A stretch of DNA of 64,000 nt from Phoronis australis (taxonomy: Eukaryota; Animalia; Phoronida): positions 1,186,015-1,250,014 of the forward strand of contig NMRA01000057.1 in the NCBI GenBank assembly GCA_002633005.1, read 5' to 3'. The notes under the pieces are model-generated. The model worked only from the letters and a program-made list of their open reading frames with translations. It ran no database searches and had not been told where the DNA came from. The position numbers were made by a program, and so were the translations under genes. Positions 12,632-27,207 of the stretch are shown piece by piece. Numbering within the stretch: the stretch's first letter is position 1; the number at the start of each line of letters is the position of its first letter.

Positions 12632-13625
12632 GTCCCTGAACTACTGTTTTTCTACTTCGTGAATCAAACTTCAATGTCGTGCTGATGAGATTGTGCCACA
12701 GTGCGAGGCATTCATTTGTGGCAGTTATTGCATTGGAATTCATTTTCACTTATATGTTTTGTAACTCTGCCGTTTTTCAATCAAAGTCTACGTTTATTTT
12801 CAAACTATGAATTACTAATATCCTAAATTAAATTCATTTAGTAAGCAATTGATCCGGTTACTTCATGAAATTTAGCGCACGTGCCACCACAAGCATCGCT
12901 TAAATTTATTACAAGGGAAAAATAAACGGACGGAAGTTAGTGAAATTGTTCGCTAAAAATCGAAAAACATCTGTGAAACGCAGGCCCCCGTCGACGTTCT
13001 ATTTTCGTTGACATAACGAGTTGGGCTAGATTTTGAATGGTGAATACTAAGCCATAGTCCCAGCTTTCTTATTCGTGGCTAATTTTGGGAAAACGGGGAC
13101 TTTGCATTAGGCTTATCTACATATCTCAAAAGTCAATTTCAAGAAAGTTCCCAAGAATACACTTACTGTACACGTTTAGTACCAACCACCAGGTGTCAGT
13201 GCAATATTACTAGAACATACAATCAAATGCCAGGAAATATTGTGTCCGTACCTTTCCCATTCAAAAGTCATCTGCTTCATGAAAGCATTCATATGAGGAC
13301 AGGAATAGAGCGGCCAGCTAATGTTATCCTCCTGACTTAGTTAACTTGTTTACATCTACTCTCTACATCGGATAGTATTAATTTTTGGTGAGCAATTACC
13401 AAGGGCCAAGCCTCATCAACCAGCAGACAACAGTTAGAAATTGAGGAAAGCCAAGTCAAGTGCAAAATGTCACCATTCTGATTATCCTTGAAATAAAGCC
13501 GTATGTTAAATTTACACCTTTGCGCAGAGGTGGGTAAAATCTCATCACGTAAATCTGACGCAACATTAGTGTCATTAATACTGCACTTCATTACCTATTT
13601 TTGAAAGTTTGACACCACTAGTGCG

Positions 13626-13887
13626 CAGTGGCGGATCTACGAGGGGGTTCAGGGGGTTTAAACCCCCCTTGGGCCAGGACACCATAAAAACAAAAACAAA
13701 AACGTCTCCAGCAAAACAAAAACGGCACCGCTAGCGTGTGTAAACCCCAAGTAAACCAACAAAAAATTGAGGGGGGTTCACTCTGAAAATATAATTTTTT
13801 GCATTGTGAAGTGCTGAGTTTTCGTGGCTTCTCGACAAACAGCGCGGAGATCAATTGTGCGCGCGCTTCCGTCGACACTTTTGAGGA
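13626..13887 (+). mobile_element. 5' end of a TIR DNA element (CAGTGGCGGATCT..., hAT-like terminus) running into the gap; related fragment at ~28400-28565
   Basis: Terminal motif plus dispersed similarity. Confidence 0.4.
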
Positions 13888-14795
13888 NNNNNNNNNNNNN
13901 NNNNNNNNNNNNNNNNNNNNNNNNNNNNNNNNNNNNNNNNNNNNNNNNNNNNNNNNNNNNNNNNNNNNNNNNNNNNNNNNNNNNNNNNNNNNNNNNNNNN
14001 NNNNNNNNNNNNNNNNNNNNNNNNNNNNNNNNNNNNNNNNNNNNNNNNNNNNNNNNNNNNNNNNNNNNNNNNNNNNNNNNNNNNNNNNNNNNNNNNNNNN
14101 NNNNNNNNNNNNNNNNNNNNNNNNNNNNNNNNNNNNNNNNNNNNNNNNNNNNNNNNNNNNNNNNNNNNNNNNNNNNNNNNNNNNNNNNNNNNNNNNNNNN
14201 NNNNNNNNNNNNNNNNNNNNNNNNNNNNNNNNNNNNNNNNNNNNNNNNNNNNNNNNNNNNNNNNNNNNNNNNNNNNNNNNNNNNNNNNNNNNNNNNNNNN
14301 NNNNNNNNNNNNNNNNNNNNNNNNNNNNNNNNNNNNNNNNNNNNNNNNNNNNNNNNNNNNNNNNNNNNNNNNNNNNNNNNNNNNNNNNNNNNNNNNNNNN
14401 NNNNNNNNNNNNNNNNNNNNNNNNNNNNNNNNNNNNNNNNNNNNNNNNNNNNNNNNNNNNNNNNNNNNNNNNNNNNNNNNNNNNNNNNNNNNNNNNNNNN
14501 NNNNNNNNNNNNNNNNNNNNNNNNNNNNNNNNNNNNNNNNNNNNNNNNNNNNNNNNNNNNNNNNNNNNNNNNNNNNNNNNNNNNNNNNNNNNNNNNNNNN
14601 NNNNNNNNNNNNNNNNNNNNNNNNNNNNNNNNNNNNNNNNNNNNNNNNNNNNNNNNNNNNNNNNNNNNNNNNNNNNNNNNNNNNNNNNNNNNNNNNNNNN
14701 NNNNNNNNNNNNNNNNNNNNNNNNNNNNNNNNNNNNNNNNNNNNNNNNNNNNNNNNNNNNNNNNNNNNNNNNNNNNNNNNNNNNNNNNNNNNNNN
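13888..14795. other. Assembly gap (908 N), followed by a (CA)n/(CACT)n microsatellite
   Basis: N run; CA repeat at 14796-14826. Confidence 1.
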
Positions 14796-16459
14796 CTCAC
14801 ACACACACACACTCACTCACTCACACGCCAGTGCACTGGTTTCTGTACCAACTTTTGACACAAGAAAGAGTGTGTTGTATTAGGTTGCAGAATGGATTTT
14901 TGTGTAAACCTGTCTTCAACTAATTAAAATGAAACAGTCATGCAAATGCCATGGAGTCAACCCACAGTCCACACAGTCTGCATCCGAGGGCTGAAAGTTG
15001 CAAGTGTACTAAGGAGCCTCATAGGCTGTTAACAAAGATACTGGTCAATGTCGGCTTCGCGGCAGTCGCTAGTGGGTTAATCAATGTTTGTTGTGGTGTG
15101 TTACGTAAGATACTTCACCTAACACTCGGGGGTTTTGTACATCAAAGCAGCATTACTAATGTTCGGAATGATCTATAACACATTGATCAGTGACAGTTAC
15201 ATCCATCAATACTGAATTTTCATGCTGTCAATTCGACATTGGTTATTTGTGAGGTCAGGTTAAAATCCAAGCCCATGGGGACCGTGACAAATCTCCATTA
15301 TACAATTTGAATACCTCCAATGCTGTCCGGAAATCTATTATACGAGAACGTGAAAATATATTATGTTTGTTTTCACCCGACCTTTGGTCCCTCAAGCTTG
15401 AGGGCTTGTTCTGCGTAGAGGAGATAAACATCGCTTCTGCAACCGTCCCTGAATGGACAACATCGGTTTTAAGCAGGTGACTGCATTACATGTACCTAGC
15501 TAGATTTTCCTTTCCATTGCAGATCTGTTGTCGAAGCATGCTTCTACGTCGGAAACAAAGAACGAAGTCTTTGAAAATGAACACCTGGTCTTAAAGAAAT
15601 GTATGTAAGTTGTTAATTTACTAAGCGCTTAGCGGGAGGCAGGCATATACATGTAGGGGATCGGGGTTGTAAAATTCGGTACAGCTGAATGAGGAGAAAT
15701 AACACGTAATAGTTTCCGGGAGGAAAGAGCACGGTGAGGTAATTCTTAAGTATCAGTCCACGGACCACAGTCAGTACAGACAAAAGTGGTAAGGAGGGGG
15801 GAGGGGTCAGCCATCCAGAACCACCTTTAGTCTAATAAATCACATTAGGGTATAGAGAAATTGGGTGAAGTATGATACCACAGAGTTTGGTGGTTTTGGA
15901 GGTACTAGAGTAGTCTTCTGGGGGGGGGCAAAAAGGCAATTTCTTTATGCGGAATGAGTCATTTTTACTAAAATTTCTACTGCAGTGTCTGCTTCAAACA
16001 GAATAAGTTTGATATCACGTGATAGGTTCTTAACCAATGTAAGTAAAAAATGGCACCGACGCTAAAATATCCGTTACCATGGTAACACTGGACCTGTTTC
16101 AGTGGAGGTACAATCATGTCATGCTTGTGAAAAACCAGCAGTATGTTTTACCCTCATAGCGAAGCTGCCGGCACGAGGAAACTGAAAATAATAACATGGT
16201 TAAGTAGAAAACGCCATACCCTTGCCGTAGCATAATACAATAATTAACAGAACTGGTCTGCTTAAACGTTTTTAATTATTTTTCGGTAAATAAAACTACA
16301 AGAATGGATCAACTGAAATTTGAAATTTTCGGATGTAATAACTTCCTTTCTCAACAAAAACAGAAATAAAGTAAAATCAAACACAAAATGACAATTGACA
16401 TATAAGATGTGATGTAATGAAAATGATACATTTTTGCGTAAAAAATTCAATGACATATT

Positions 16460-16960
16460 TTAAGAAGTTTTCATGTTCAATCCATGAGGTTCTATTGCAT
16501 TAAGTTTGTCTATCCAATATTGTTCTCTTTTGAGTCTGTGAGGGGTACTGGGGTGTTGGAGTTTTTCTATTATTTGTACAGAAAGATCTTGAATATTAGA
16601 ATATTATGGTTTTTGGAATTGAAATGATTACCTATAGTATCAGAAATGTTTTTATGTATTATATTAAATCTATGATTACGAAACCGAGTTTGTAGATTAT
16701 GTTGTGTTTGTCCTACGTATTGAATAGAACATTTTTTACAAGTTATAAGGTAAATAATATTGTTGGTGGTGCAATCAGAATAATGTTTTATTTCAAAGTT
16801 TTCATTGGTTTGGGAAGACTGGAAAAAAGTGCTATCGTTGATGAAGTTACACATTTTACACCTAGTTTTGTTACATTGTGTGTTGCCAATAGGTTTGTCA
16901 GTTTGGTGTATATTGTCGATATTAGCTTTAACTAAATAATTTTTTTAGATTTTTACATTT
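16460..16960 (-). mobile_element. Penelope-like element, GIY-YIG endonuclease 3' fragment (frameshifted)
   Basis: CKMC...CTTNNIIYLITCKKCSIQYVGQT...LQTRFRNHR...IGNHFN, then REQYWIDKLNAIEPHGLN. Confidence 0.85.
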
Positions 16961-19900
16961 TCTCCAAGAAATTATAGGTGGATGAGGAAATATGCCGCGT
17001 AGAAAGATGCTTTTTGAAGACGTGGCTAATTCCGTTTAAATATGGATTGAACATAGTTATATTATTTTTAGGACACAAACAGTTCCCACTAAAAATGAAA
17101 TTATACTACAATTGTTCATCTAACTCACTGAATACCAAACTAAAGCATACAATGCGTTGGTTAAATTTATCTATTTATCTGGAACTTCCAGTTGCTTCAT
17201 ACATTATGTGGTACGCAGAGAGAAACAGGTTTGAAAACTCTTGGGAAATGCACAAAAAAATAGAGCGAGACATCTGAGAACCTTAAAAGTGAGAGGAAGT
17301 GATGTGAAGGGGGTGGAACGTGTTCTCTTGAGAAGTAGTCTGTCTGCCTTAGGGGCAGGTACACGTATGCCGCAGGGGCTGGATAATTTACCACCGTAGA
17401 TTCACTTGCCCGAATCATCGATACAACCCTCGACACATATCGGCGTCAAAGGAGACACTGAGTACATCCATTGCACACAGAAGGGGAAATTCGACGAAGG
17501 TCTGAAAACATTACCAAAGGCGCACCGCGATTGCTTATAACTTGGGCCTTATTTCTTCATCTTATTTCAGATGTCTTGAAGTATATGTAGTGTATACAGA
17601 TTGTTACACAACTACTACGTAACTGCTGAGGGGAACAACTGATCAAAATAAATGTCATACCAAAAGTGTTAGCAATATCCTGTCTGTGACAAATTCTGTT
17701 TGGTTAAGTTCATCAGTTTTGTTAAGCACCTAGGACTGCAACATACACCCGAAATAACAGCACTGTTGTCCATGGCTGTCATTCAGTTGTTGCCCTCGAA
17801 TCTTTCTTTTCGGCTCTAATAACTATAACCGCCACTTAATGGTCATTATGACCCATTGACATAGAGAATATAGAGTCATTATAACTTTTCATAATAACTC
17901 CCAAATGTGTTTAAAAATTTTACAGGACTTCTGCCCATGACCTACTTTTAGAGAAAAGAGAGTATGTTACTTCGGCAATTGAATTTCTGAGATTGAATAT
18001 GAAATTAATAAAACATACAAAAGCCGTAAAAATACTGTGTATTAAATTTAATATGTTTATTTTTTCATTACTTTAATTTTAGGAATCGGGAAAGGCTGAT
18101 GCTAAAGAAGTGGCTTCTGCGTAAGCTGAAGACGAGCCGATTATCAGTAAAGGTTGGGTATGGAAAAGTTCAAAACCAACAAGAACGTGCCTTGAACCTT
18201 TGAATATTCCCATCTGGACAACTAAGTGAGAGGGCTAGAGAAAGGCCAAAAAGTCAACATCCAGAAAATGTGTCAAAGAGAACTTGTAACTTGAAGAACG
18301 AGTCGGGGAAAGAGTATTTGCCAAATATTACTGGCTTATACCCCAGGAGTTCCAAAGTAATTTGTTGAGATAGGCTACCCTCATCATATCTGGGAAACTG
18401 TGAGTGTAGGAGATATGACGGAGGATCGACAATGGGCGCTTTAAGATCGATGTAGCTTGATAAAAATTCAGAGGGAGGATGCAGTACATTGCCGGACTGG
18501 ACATGTAAATACTCTGCCTGATCTGCTAAATATAGTGGTAACCTTATCATGTCAGTACAGCTGAATAGGGAATAGGCACTCAGAGCTGTGCTGTTGCAAG
18601 CTTTATTTGCACCAGAACTGCTGTGCAAACAGCGCAAATTCAAATTTACCTGGATTGAATTTTTGGCCAGCCACTGATCATGATCCTGGGTCTGTGGGTT
18701 AAGTTGCTACAGCCACATGGTAATGGTACGTAGTTATTTTTTTTGTTTAGCCACAGGATTTTTTGGTCTGACAGGAATTTTGATTGTGGTCATTAGCTTT
18801 AGAAGTTTGTTTCGTGATTTCTTACCGTTGTGCTGTTTCTTTTCCTTGAAATTGTGTAATTAAACTGAATTCATGTTTCCGCATTTTATTTACCATTATG
18901 GATTTTTTTGTTTGTACATGTGAATGACATTTGAGTCCCTGTTACACTTTGAGTGGTTCTGTTCACATACCTTTCTGTCTGAGTTGTAAGCCCACATTCC
19001 GTCCAGGAGGTAAAGTTTTGATTTAGACCATTTACCTCTATAAACTTGTGTCAATCTGTTCCTTACCCTGATGGGGATTTCTGGAATTGTAGTGAACTGA
19101 CAGTTTGCTATTCCTTGAGACCATATTTTGTGCATAAAATCACACACTATTAGACAAGCCTTCCTATAGAGTCTGGCCTCTAGTAATTGTATATTGCCAA
19201 TTCTTTTCAAATTGCTCAACGGTGGCTGGGAAGCAATACGCGACCTATGTCATGATGGTAAGTTGTCTAAATCAAAAGTGAGTGGAGACGCCACAACCGA
19301 TCAACAAATCACTGCATGGCATCGCCAACAACAGACTGATCAGAAGCAGCCTTGCTCACTACGAAAATGAAATAATCTGACTGTTTCTCACAGGTGTCAC
19401 GGTTGGCCATAGTCCATTCGACACTAAGGAGCTTAGAAAATCACTTCCGGGGCTACTTATTGGGTTCAAGATAATTTTGGTGTTTTAAGGTCAATATATA
19501 CTATTCTTTAAGAATCAAAAAAGTTCCAAGGTTTGACTTGACTTTCGAGACATTTTACCGCAAAGATCTGACTCTTTGCATAATTTGGCACAGAAAACCA
19601 ATCTTCAAAAACCAACAACATTAGACACAAACTGAATGATAATTTGATTAAATTTTGATTATTTCATGTTACTGGACAAGAAAAGTGATAAATATTATAA
19701 CATTAGGTGGAAAACTGCTCAAAAAAGACAAATATAAAAAAAGTTTAGCAGCACCTCCTGTGGCCAGAAAACATATTACTATATTCTAAACTACCAGAAG
19801 AACAATACTAGTGTTAATCGTTTGTTACTTGATAAAGATTTGATACCACAACCTACATACATGTATGAACAACATACAGTTCCAACGTTTCTGCACTGAA

Positions 19901-20131
19901 TTCACTATCATCACTTTGATTAATTTTCACATCTAATTATCATTATCTATATTGCACTTCGTAATCAACCTGCACACGGAACGATACACCCTTCAGTCCT
20001 TACATACACGAGCATGATAAAATTTAAATATTTTCATTTAGGCTACAAATTTAAAGCTTTTTTATCAACATAGCACACACTTTTTTATGGTTGCTCGTCC
20101 ACTGCATTGTTTATATTCATCATTATTGTCA

Positions 20132-20620
20132 TCAAATGTTGTTTCTTGAGACACCGTGTTCACAATCTCGGCAGTCACACAACTTTGAACATGGCGTGCC
20201 CGACATTATGCAAGAGCACTTTTTTGTACTACAACCACTCTTTTTACACTTGAAATTAAGATTTTTCATGGCACTTTCTGGGGCTAATGGCAGAGTCATC
20301 CAGTGGAAATTTAGACTACCCTGCTCCACAAGTCACCCGTTACGATGAACTGGAGATGGTGCATTGACATGATGTTGCAAGGCTCGTTTGTGAATGGCAC
20401 ACTGGTAGTTTGCTCTTTTTTCATGTAGTAGCAATTAATTATGATTAGCACGAATAATCCAAGTTAATAAAAGTGGTAGCTTGCTTTGTTAACTGTTGAT
20501 GGCTGGTGAGCCGTACAGCTTGCATACAAACGATTCAATGTCTTCCATGAGTTGACCAGGAAACGCAAAGTAATGTTAAGCCCAACTTTAATGACAAAGT
20601 TTAAAAATATCTCTGAATGA
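20132..20620 (-). mobile_element. Academ-like transposase C-terminal remnant with Cys-rich (CXC/Cys8) finger
   Basis: LLLHEKRANYQCAIHKRAL...APSP...HWMTLPLAPE...CKKSGCSTKKCSC...CSKLCDCRDC with stops. Confidence 0.6.
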
Positions 20621-21854
20621 CTGCACCCTACCCGGAATAAATTTTGTCAACCTGAATGAGCGACATTACTAGCATTGATTGCACCGCACAGTTGCCAATT
20701 TAAGACATGGAATTTTTTAATCATTCTTAACACCGTACATTGTAGTTCAGGCTTTGAAAATAGAGGAATGGCCACTTTGGCAATAGTTTAACTGTGAAAT
20801 TGAAAAATGCCTTATTTACCGCAGAGCTGAAATTTCGTTTGACTCTTCCTGTTATAGTTAGCACGTAATTGGAAGAGTAAAAATTTTGCTACATTAAATA
20901 TTCTCAAATTCAAGAATCTCCAAAATGTGAGACATTGAAATCTGAGGTACGTTTGAATTTTCAAGAATATAAATAACAGAACACGGGCAATATTTTCCTT
21001 TTTTATATTTCTCAAATTCCAAACACAACTCATGTTTTTACATAAAAGGGTCACAGAATAGGCTTGGAAGTTTATAAAGAGCAGTGCCGATCACTCACAT
21101 ATAGGTAAAACTACAGCCTTTAATTTGGGATAGGGACGACCAATAATGTAAATTTATCAAGCAAACTAATTCTTTTTTGTCCGTCCTAAACTAATATTTT
21201 ATTACCATAAATGATAATTTTTCGAATTAAGATTAGGTAGGCCTATTCACAAGCGAACATTTGGAAATGAGATTGGTTTTCAAGTTTTCTTTCGTTTGTG
21301 AATTTCTCTGTGATAGACTTCGGCGAATGATACATTGTGGCGACATATACATTTCTTTGAGCACTGTTAATTGAAATTGAAAAGTGACAATCTCCTTGAT
21401 TTTCTAGTAAGTTCAGCGTCGTTTCTTTTATCAGCTTCGTCTTTTTTATTTTTAAGAGTACTGTTGTTTCGATTTCTTTTGCATCCGTTAGGTGTCTGTA
21501 ATACTGCCTGTGAGGACCTTTTGTGCAATGGCTGTCGTGAAAGGTTTAAATTATGCCGATAAACCCTTCATTGCTGGCGTAACCGGAACTTTGTCACTGA
21601 TAGTCTCCATTAACACTGCCGCAATATTTTCAGTACAATTTGCATAATCAGTCACTTATTCTGCGTGTTACTTGTAGAGAGAGGTCAGTTTCGTGTGAAT
21701 AGTTAATTCTAGGCTTAACTTTTGATCGGTAGTGTTCCCTTAGAATTCCGAATGCTTCCATCTCGTCGTTTATTCCTTCTGCCATAAGGAGTGACATGCT
21801 CCTGTCATCGATATATTGTAGCAGTCCTGCAAATGCTTCGCTTTTTATCTGCAG

Positions 21855-23209
21855 CCACCGAATCCAATACCGGAGTTGCAGCCGAATCGATTTAACGATT
21901 GCGCATGCACGGAAATCAGGGTGCGCAAAGGCTATTAGGACTGATTAACGTATGTGGAATGACCGACTGGTTCGCACGACGTGTGACTTGTGCGCATTTA
22001 ACTACGCCGTTGTATGTAATTCTGCCGCTATTCGCCCTAATAAGCGCCCATGCCCTATTAGTGCCCCCCCCCGCGTTTTCAGACTTCGCTAAAGTAAGCG
22101 CCCACCCCAAGACCTACATGCGAAAAATGCCTTACCTACAATTCTAAAATTCAACAGTAACGTCTACAATTTTTGAATTGAAAGATCCAACAGCCCTGAG
22201 TTTGTAGACCACGAGCCTCACCGTTATGTCAGTATACACTTCAATCTTACGCTGCGATTCAAAAACAACGCAAAAGTTTTGCTGCTCTTGCTAGGAATCT
22301 GCCCCACTATTGTCTGGACCTTGAAAACATACGGACTCAGCGGAATTGTCAGTGGGATTGCATTGTATCTTTCCAGTACAGATCTCCGGCCTCAACAGGA
22401 ATCCAGACTTCTTGGTACACGTAAAAACCGTGAATCGAAGACTAATAAAAAGACTCGACTAGTGTTAGCAAACGGCCAAGAAGCGAGCTGCATAATGCAC
22501 CGACTGTCATCGAAGACATTTAGTGGGGAACTACACTATTCATGAAATGGGTAACATAGCGTCGGCAAGAAATACATATTGGCACTAATTTCCGAAAGTT
22601 TGTAATACCGTAAAAACTTTTGCATTATTTTTACCAGAAATTATTTAACTAATCATATTTGGTGTTTTTAAAGTCGAAATGACCCACTGATAGTGAACAC
22701 ATTCGCACCCTTACACCCCGAATCTTCCGGAAAGCCATGTAGCTGTAACACTACGGTCACGCATCCACTCACCCGACATATCGGTCTCACCGAAACAAAT
22801 CTCGTATGTTTTTAGCAGATGAGGCCAGCAAGCCACTCTCTGTTTTACTGCTTGATTTAATTTCTTTCGTTACAATGAACACCATCATTAAATCGCATTT
22901 ACTCTGGCAAATGAACTCTGATGACAAGCACACGTACGCTTACTTTCTCACACACACGCACAAAAATTCAAAACAAATGTCAATTGACAACAACATGTGT
23001 GTTCCTCCTGAGGTTTTTCTCGTGTTGCGGGCTACAATCTAGCGCAGATTTTGACTTCATCTGCAGTTAATCCAGGCTCCACAAAAACTTAAAAATCTTG
23101 AAGACGCTATTTGGAAAACTTAAGGAGGATTTCAGGTAATTTTTTGAGTCGAAACTATATTCTTATTCTTATTCAAGAATTCAAGTTGCCCTATTGACAA
23201 TTGCGAGAC
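21855..23209 (-). repeat. ~1.35-kb dispersed repeat, inverted copy of 34413-35735
   Basis: Reverse-complement collinearity along the whole length, e.g. CGAATCGATTTAACGATTGCGCATG vs CATGCGCAATCGTTAAATCGATTCG. Confidence 0.85.
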
Positions 23210-26200
23210 AAAACCAACACCAAATTATCGATAAAAGTTTCAACAGAAATGCCATTTACTTTACCATACATATAAAATCACGATAAAATCGGACAACTGT
23301 ACGGGATGGTCTCCAGTTTCGTGCTTTCACTACTTGCCAATTTGTTCTAAGATGTTTTGAGAGATAGAGCACTTACTTTTGCAACATCAGTCGTCACATG
23401 ACGTGTCCTCTAGGATCTTACCTACTATTGTGGCATTCTGTTGCCTATAAGTTTGATAATATCCATTGTTTTTGTCAAAGTGGATGCATTTAAGATATAC
23501 CAGTATTTTTCATGAGAGCTGCAATATGTGAACGTTCTTATAGGCATTACATTTTTAGCACCGAGGTCGAAGATTTCTTCTTGGGTAATAACGCTACATT
23601 TTAACGGCATGGTAATTTTACAACTAAATACTTAGAATCTACTGAGAGTTAGTTCATTTACCAAATCTTTTCAAAGAGAACAGTCAAATGAAAAGTACAG
23701 CATATATGTGTCTTTCTGTCTGTCATTCTTAGAAAATAAGCACATAATAAACTACAGGGATACGTACACTACGCAAATGCTAATATTTCACTCAAAAGGA
23801 AAGTATTTGTAATAAAAACTCTTTTGATTATCAAGTTTGGAGAGAGGAAAGTGTTTGTGTCCAGTATTGCTTACTTACCAAGTAGTTTGTTTAATTTCAT
23901 GGTATTGGTTGCCATCAAACTACTTAAACTGGAAAAGGAGTACCTACACCACTTCACTGTTTCTACATCACATGGTAACATTATAAAATATGCCCATTTA
24001 GCTTTATATGGTGAAAATAAGCGCCATGTTTTGATGTAAAATGGAATAAGTTCGTTTGAAGTCACCATTTGTGTTACTGATTTTCTTTTGGGGTGCGTAG
24101 CTTTTTTGGCCCTTTTTCAACATAAAGTGTCAAAGAACCCTGTGAAGACGCACAAAGTACTGTTCCTAAACATTCATTGGCAACTTGTCGCCCTATAGAT
24201 TATTCAGGTGTTTAGATCTGAACAAGGACAATGCCCCCTTCAGGATCCCCATAAAGTTTGCTGTGCACATTCATGTAAATGTACAGTTGAATCATGTTGA
24301 GCGCTATTTGAATAGAAACGTTGGTTCATTTTAGCTCCAACTGTTTGGATTTCTGGTATCTCCCCTCACAATGCATTTTGACGTGTACCTGTAGAGTCTT
24401 TTCTCCGCCTGTGTCACCTGATTAGAATCCTGTAAACTTGTGTGTGTTGTCTTGAGAATTGTTTAGAGACAACAAACCGAAACGTCTATTAGCGTGTCGT
24501 TATTTACATATGCGCTGATTATAACATTCGTATTCATAGTTTGGCTGAAAAACAAATCTGACCTGAATGCAATCCTCTCATTCGGTGATTGGATTTGGAC
24601 AAACGCACGGCAAAGAAACCGATGTGTCGTAGTTTCTCGCCAGGAGCCGAGGGGCTAGGCCTTAGGTGTTGCCTAATTAATATCACAGGCGCTCGATTTT
24701 CCTGATGACTCATAACCATATTATAAGAAACATAAAGATTGGGCAATAAAACTTTGCCGAGTCGAGGCTTCCAACTTCAACTGTCCCAAATCCAAATAAT
24801 AGGTGTATAAATCTCCCTGAGACTGGTACTGCAAAAACTTCCAAAGCCTTTAATTTCCTTGATCCCATTAAATTATCCCTGTGAGTAGTGCATTGGCGAC
24901 GGAATTTTCAAAACAATCTCAAAGCTCTGAATTCAAGGGCCTAAAATAGTTAACATGACGGATTCCAGTTATGTTTTAACTTGTATACTCAGGTACCCAA
25001 TGATTGTCGTACTCACCCAATTATTCCACTTCAAAGTTATGCTCTGAATAGGATTTGATTTAACTCTCACAAATACATAGTATTCGTTGATTCAAACGTT
25101 TTCTTTTACTTATGCCGAGTTGTTTCAACTGTACATTGCTTTTCGGCAACCATTTTATAATGACTCCTATGGTCGTCATATGCTGCCACCTTTTGAAAGA
25201 ACAGAAAACCACATAGAAAAAGGCCAAGAAAATTCTACTTCAACCACATACTATTTTACTGGTATGATATCGATTTTTAAATCGTTTAAAATTGATTTAG
25301 AATTTCAGTTCTGGAAAATAAATCGTGATTGTTTTATTTCAGGTAGACCGTACTTATTTTCTATTTGTGACCTCTTTATTTTACTTTTTGCTCTTGTTGT
25401 TCTTAATACCACTTATCTATGCTGTCTTTCTCTTTCTTTTTAGTTTTTCTTCATTCTCTGTTAACATCTTGTCAGCAAAAACAGAACTGTAACCCTTTGA
25501 GACTTGGTCGGCGGAAGTTCATCATTGAGCCTCGATGCAGTTGTTCTAATAATTTACCCAATATCATATTGTTCGGTTTTTTCTCACCTTCATCAGACTT
25601 CTGCAATCATAAATAAATAAATAAGTACCCAAGTTTCATATGCGGTTTATTGCTCAATCTCTTCTTTTATTTTTAATTATGTCATGCTGTGTTGTATGTA
25701 ACAATGCAATATAGTGAAATAAAGTCAATGTTTTACTTTATTGGTGACCACTCTCCATCAATTCAAGTATTTTAATTTTCTTCAAATAAATCTAAAATGC
25801 CTGAGACAAAAATTACAACAAAAATGTTGAGCTCAGTACTTTGTTTTGTAATAAAAACAAGTGGACAATATTTTGATGACGAATGCGTGAGCCGAAACTG
25901 TTAAGCACCCAGCGTGTTGCATTTGCCTGCTGCGTTTTTCCTTTGGCCTAACAGGTGTCGGTTGGTGCCTGGGACACATAGATACATTGCATAAACAATA
26001 TCTGGGTTGGTTTTTATTCCGCCTGAAGAAAATTTAATTTCGAAATTATCTTCTGAAAATGAACAAAATAGTGTTTTAGTTTTTTAGTGGTCTCAAAAAA
26101 GCAGTCAGTAAATGCACCGATTTTCGTCTCAGTTCTTCCATGCGTGTGTCTCCCGAGAGGTTAGTACCTAACGTGCAGACGAGCACTCTAGATTGGAACG

Positions 26201-27137
26201 CTAACTCCCGCGTGGCTGCGCTGCACACGAAAGAAGATTGCGGACGACCATTGGAGCCTGACAACGACAGGTATCCCGACTATATGCCTGTCGACGATAA
26301 AATTTCGAGTTTGAGCAAGCAACCCCTATGTAAATGTCAAGAAATTTATCCCCAATTTAAGCGATGGAGGTTGCTACAATCCTTCTAGTTGTGTGTAACC
26401 TAATTCTTCTAATAGCTCATTTTAACACTTAATCTACTGTAGAATTTAAGTGCAAGAACCGGTGTATCGTGTGTTTGATCTTGACATTACGTGCTACTCT
26501 TTGTTGAAAACAATGGAAACTCGGTTTTTGGCAGAGATTTCGATGCCTGACTGCACGTTTAGTCGCGGTAGGCCAGCGTTAGTTGTCAACATCCCGTCGT
26601 ACTTCGGTTATAAACAACGTTGTTTTCATCACCAGTGTTCAACTACATTCAAACTGATGCCAAATTATGTTGAGGGCACTCAAATAACATTCATGTGAGC
26701 ACGAAAGCAGAGCTTTGGAATTGGTTCGGGAGCGCTCCGCGAAAAACCCGGATGATCTAATGTTGTCTGCCATGAGCGTCTTACGTCCCACAATATGGTC
26801 CTTGAATTTGCGATTTTGGCGTTTTTGACATTTTTTATCTTCAAATCCCCACTCGAAGGCAATATGAAGTGATCAAGTGAAATAAGGTATTCAAAGATTT
26901 ATTGGATGTTGATTTCGTAGAGTTCCACGTACATTCCAGTAGAAGATTCTGACTTACCCGAATTTTAGTGCCCAACCTTTATGTTTTCTTAGCAGTGGGT
27001 GAAGTCAGTGATTATCGAGAAACAGGTGAACTCAAGGGCCTTTGGGTAATATCTAGTGCGTCGGATTTTAACTTTAACTGAAGCAATATTAACATATTTG
27101 CCTTAAAGAAGTGAAGGCATCTAATCAATATACTTAC

Positions 27138-27207
27138 CTTTAAAGAATACACTCAATACTAAAGAAATAAACAACGATGGCATTTTCCGATTAAGTAGCT
27201 TCTGCAT
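27138..27207 (-). CDS. Gene B exon 1, signal peptide MQKLLNRKMPSLFISLVLSVFFK
   Basis: Same length (70 nt), phase and AAG|GTAAGT donor as gene A exon 1, with homologous upstream flank. Confidence 0.75.

Noticed and set aside
13778-14923. Four long ORFs (321-374 aa) in the ORF track
   Set aside because: Artefacts of the N run
15190-15290. Minus-strand LDFNLTSQITNVELT resembling a V-set E strand (possible relic of gene B's V exon)
   Set aside because: Short, stop-interrupted, with no alignable similarity to the gene A V exon
18254-19219. Two moderately long minus-strand ORFs
   Set aside because: No recognisable domain; probably a degraded retroelement segment near the Penelope fragment, but unassignable
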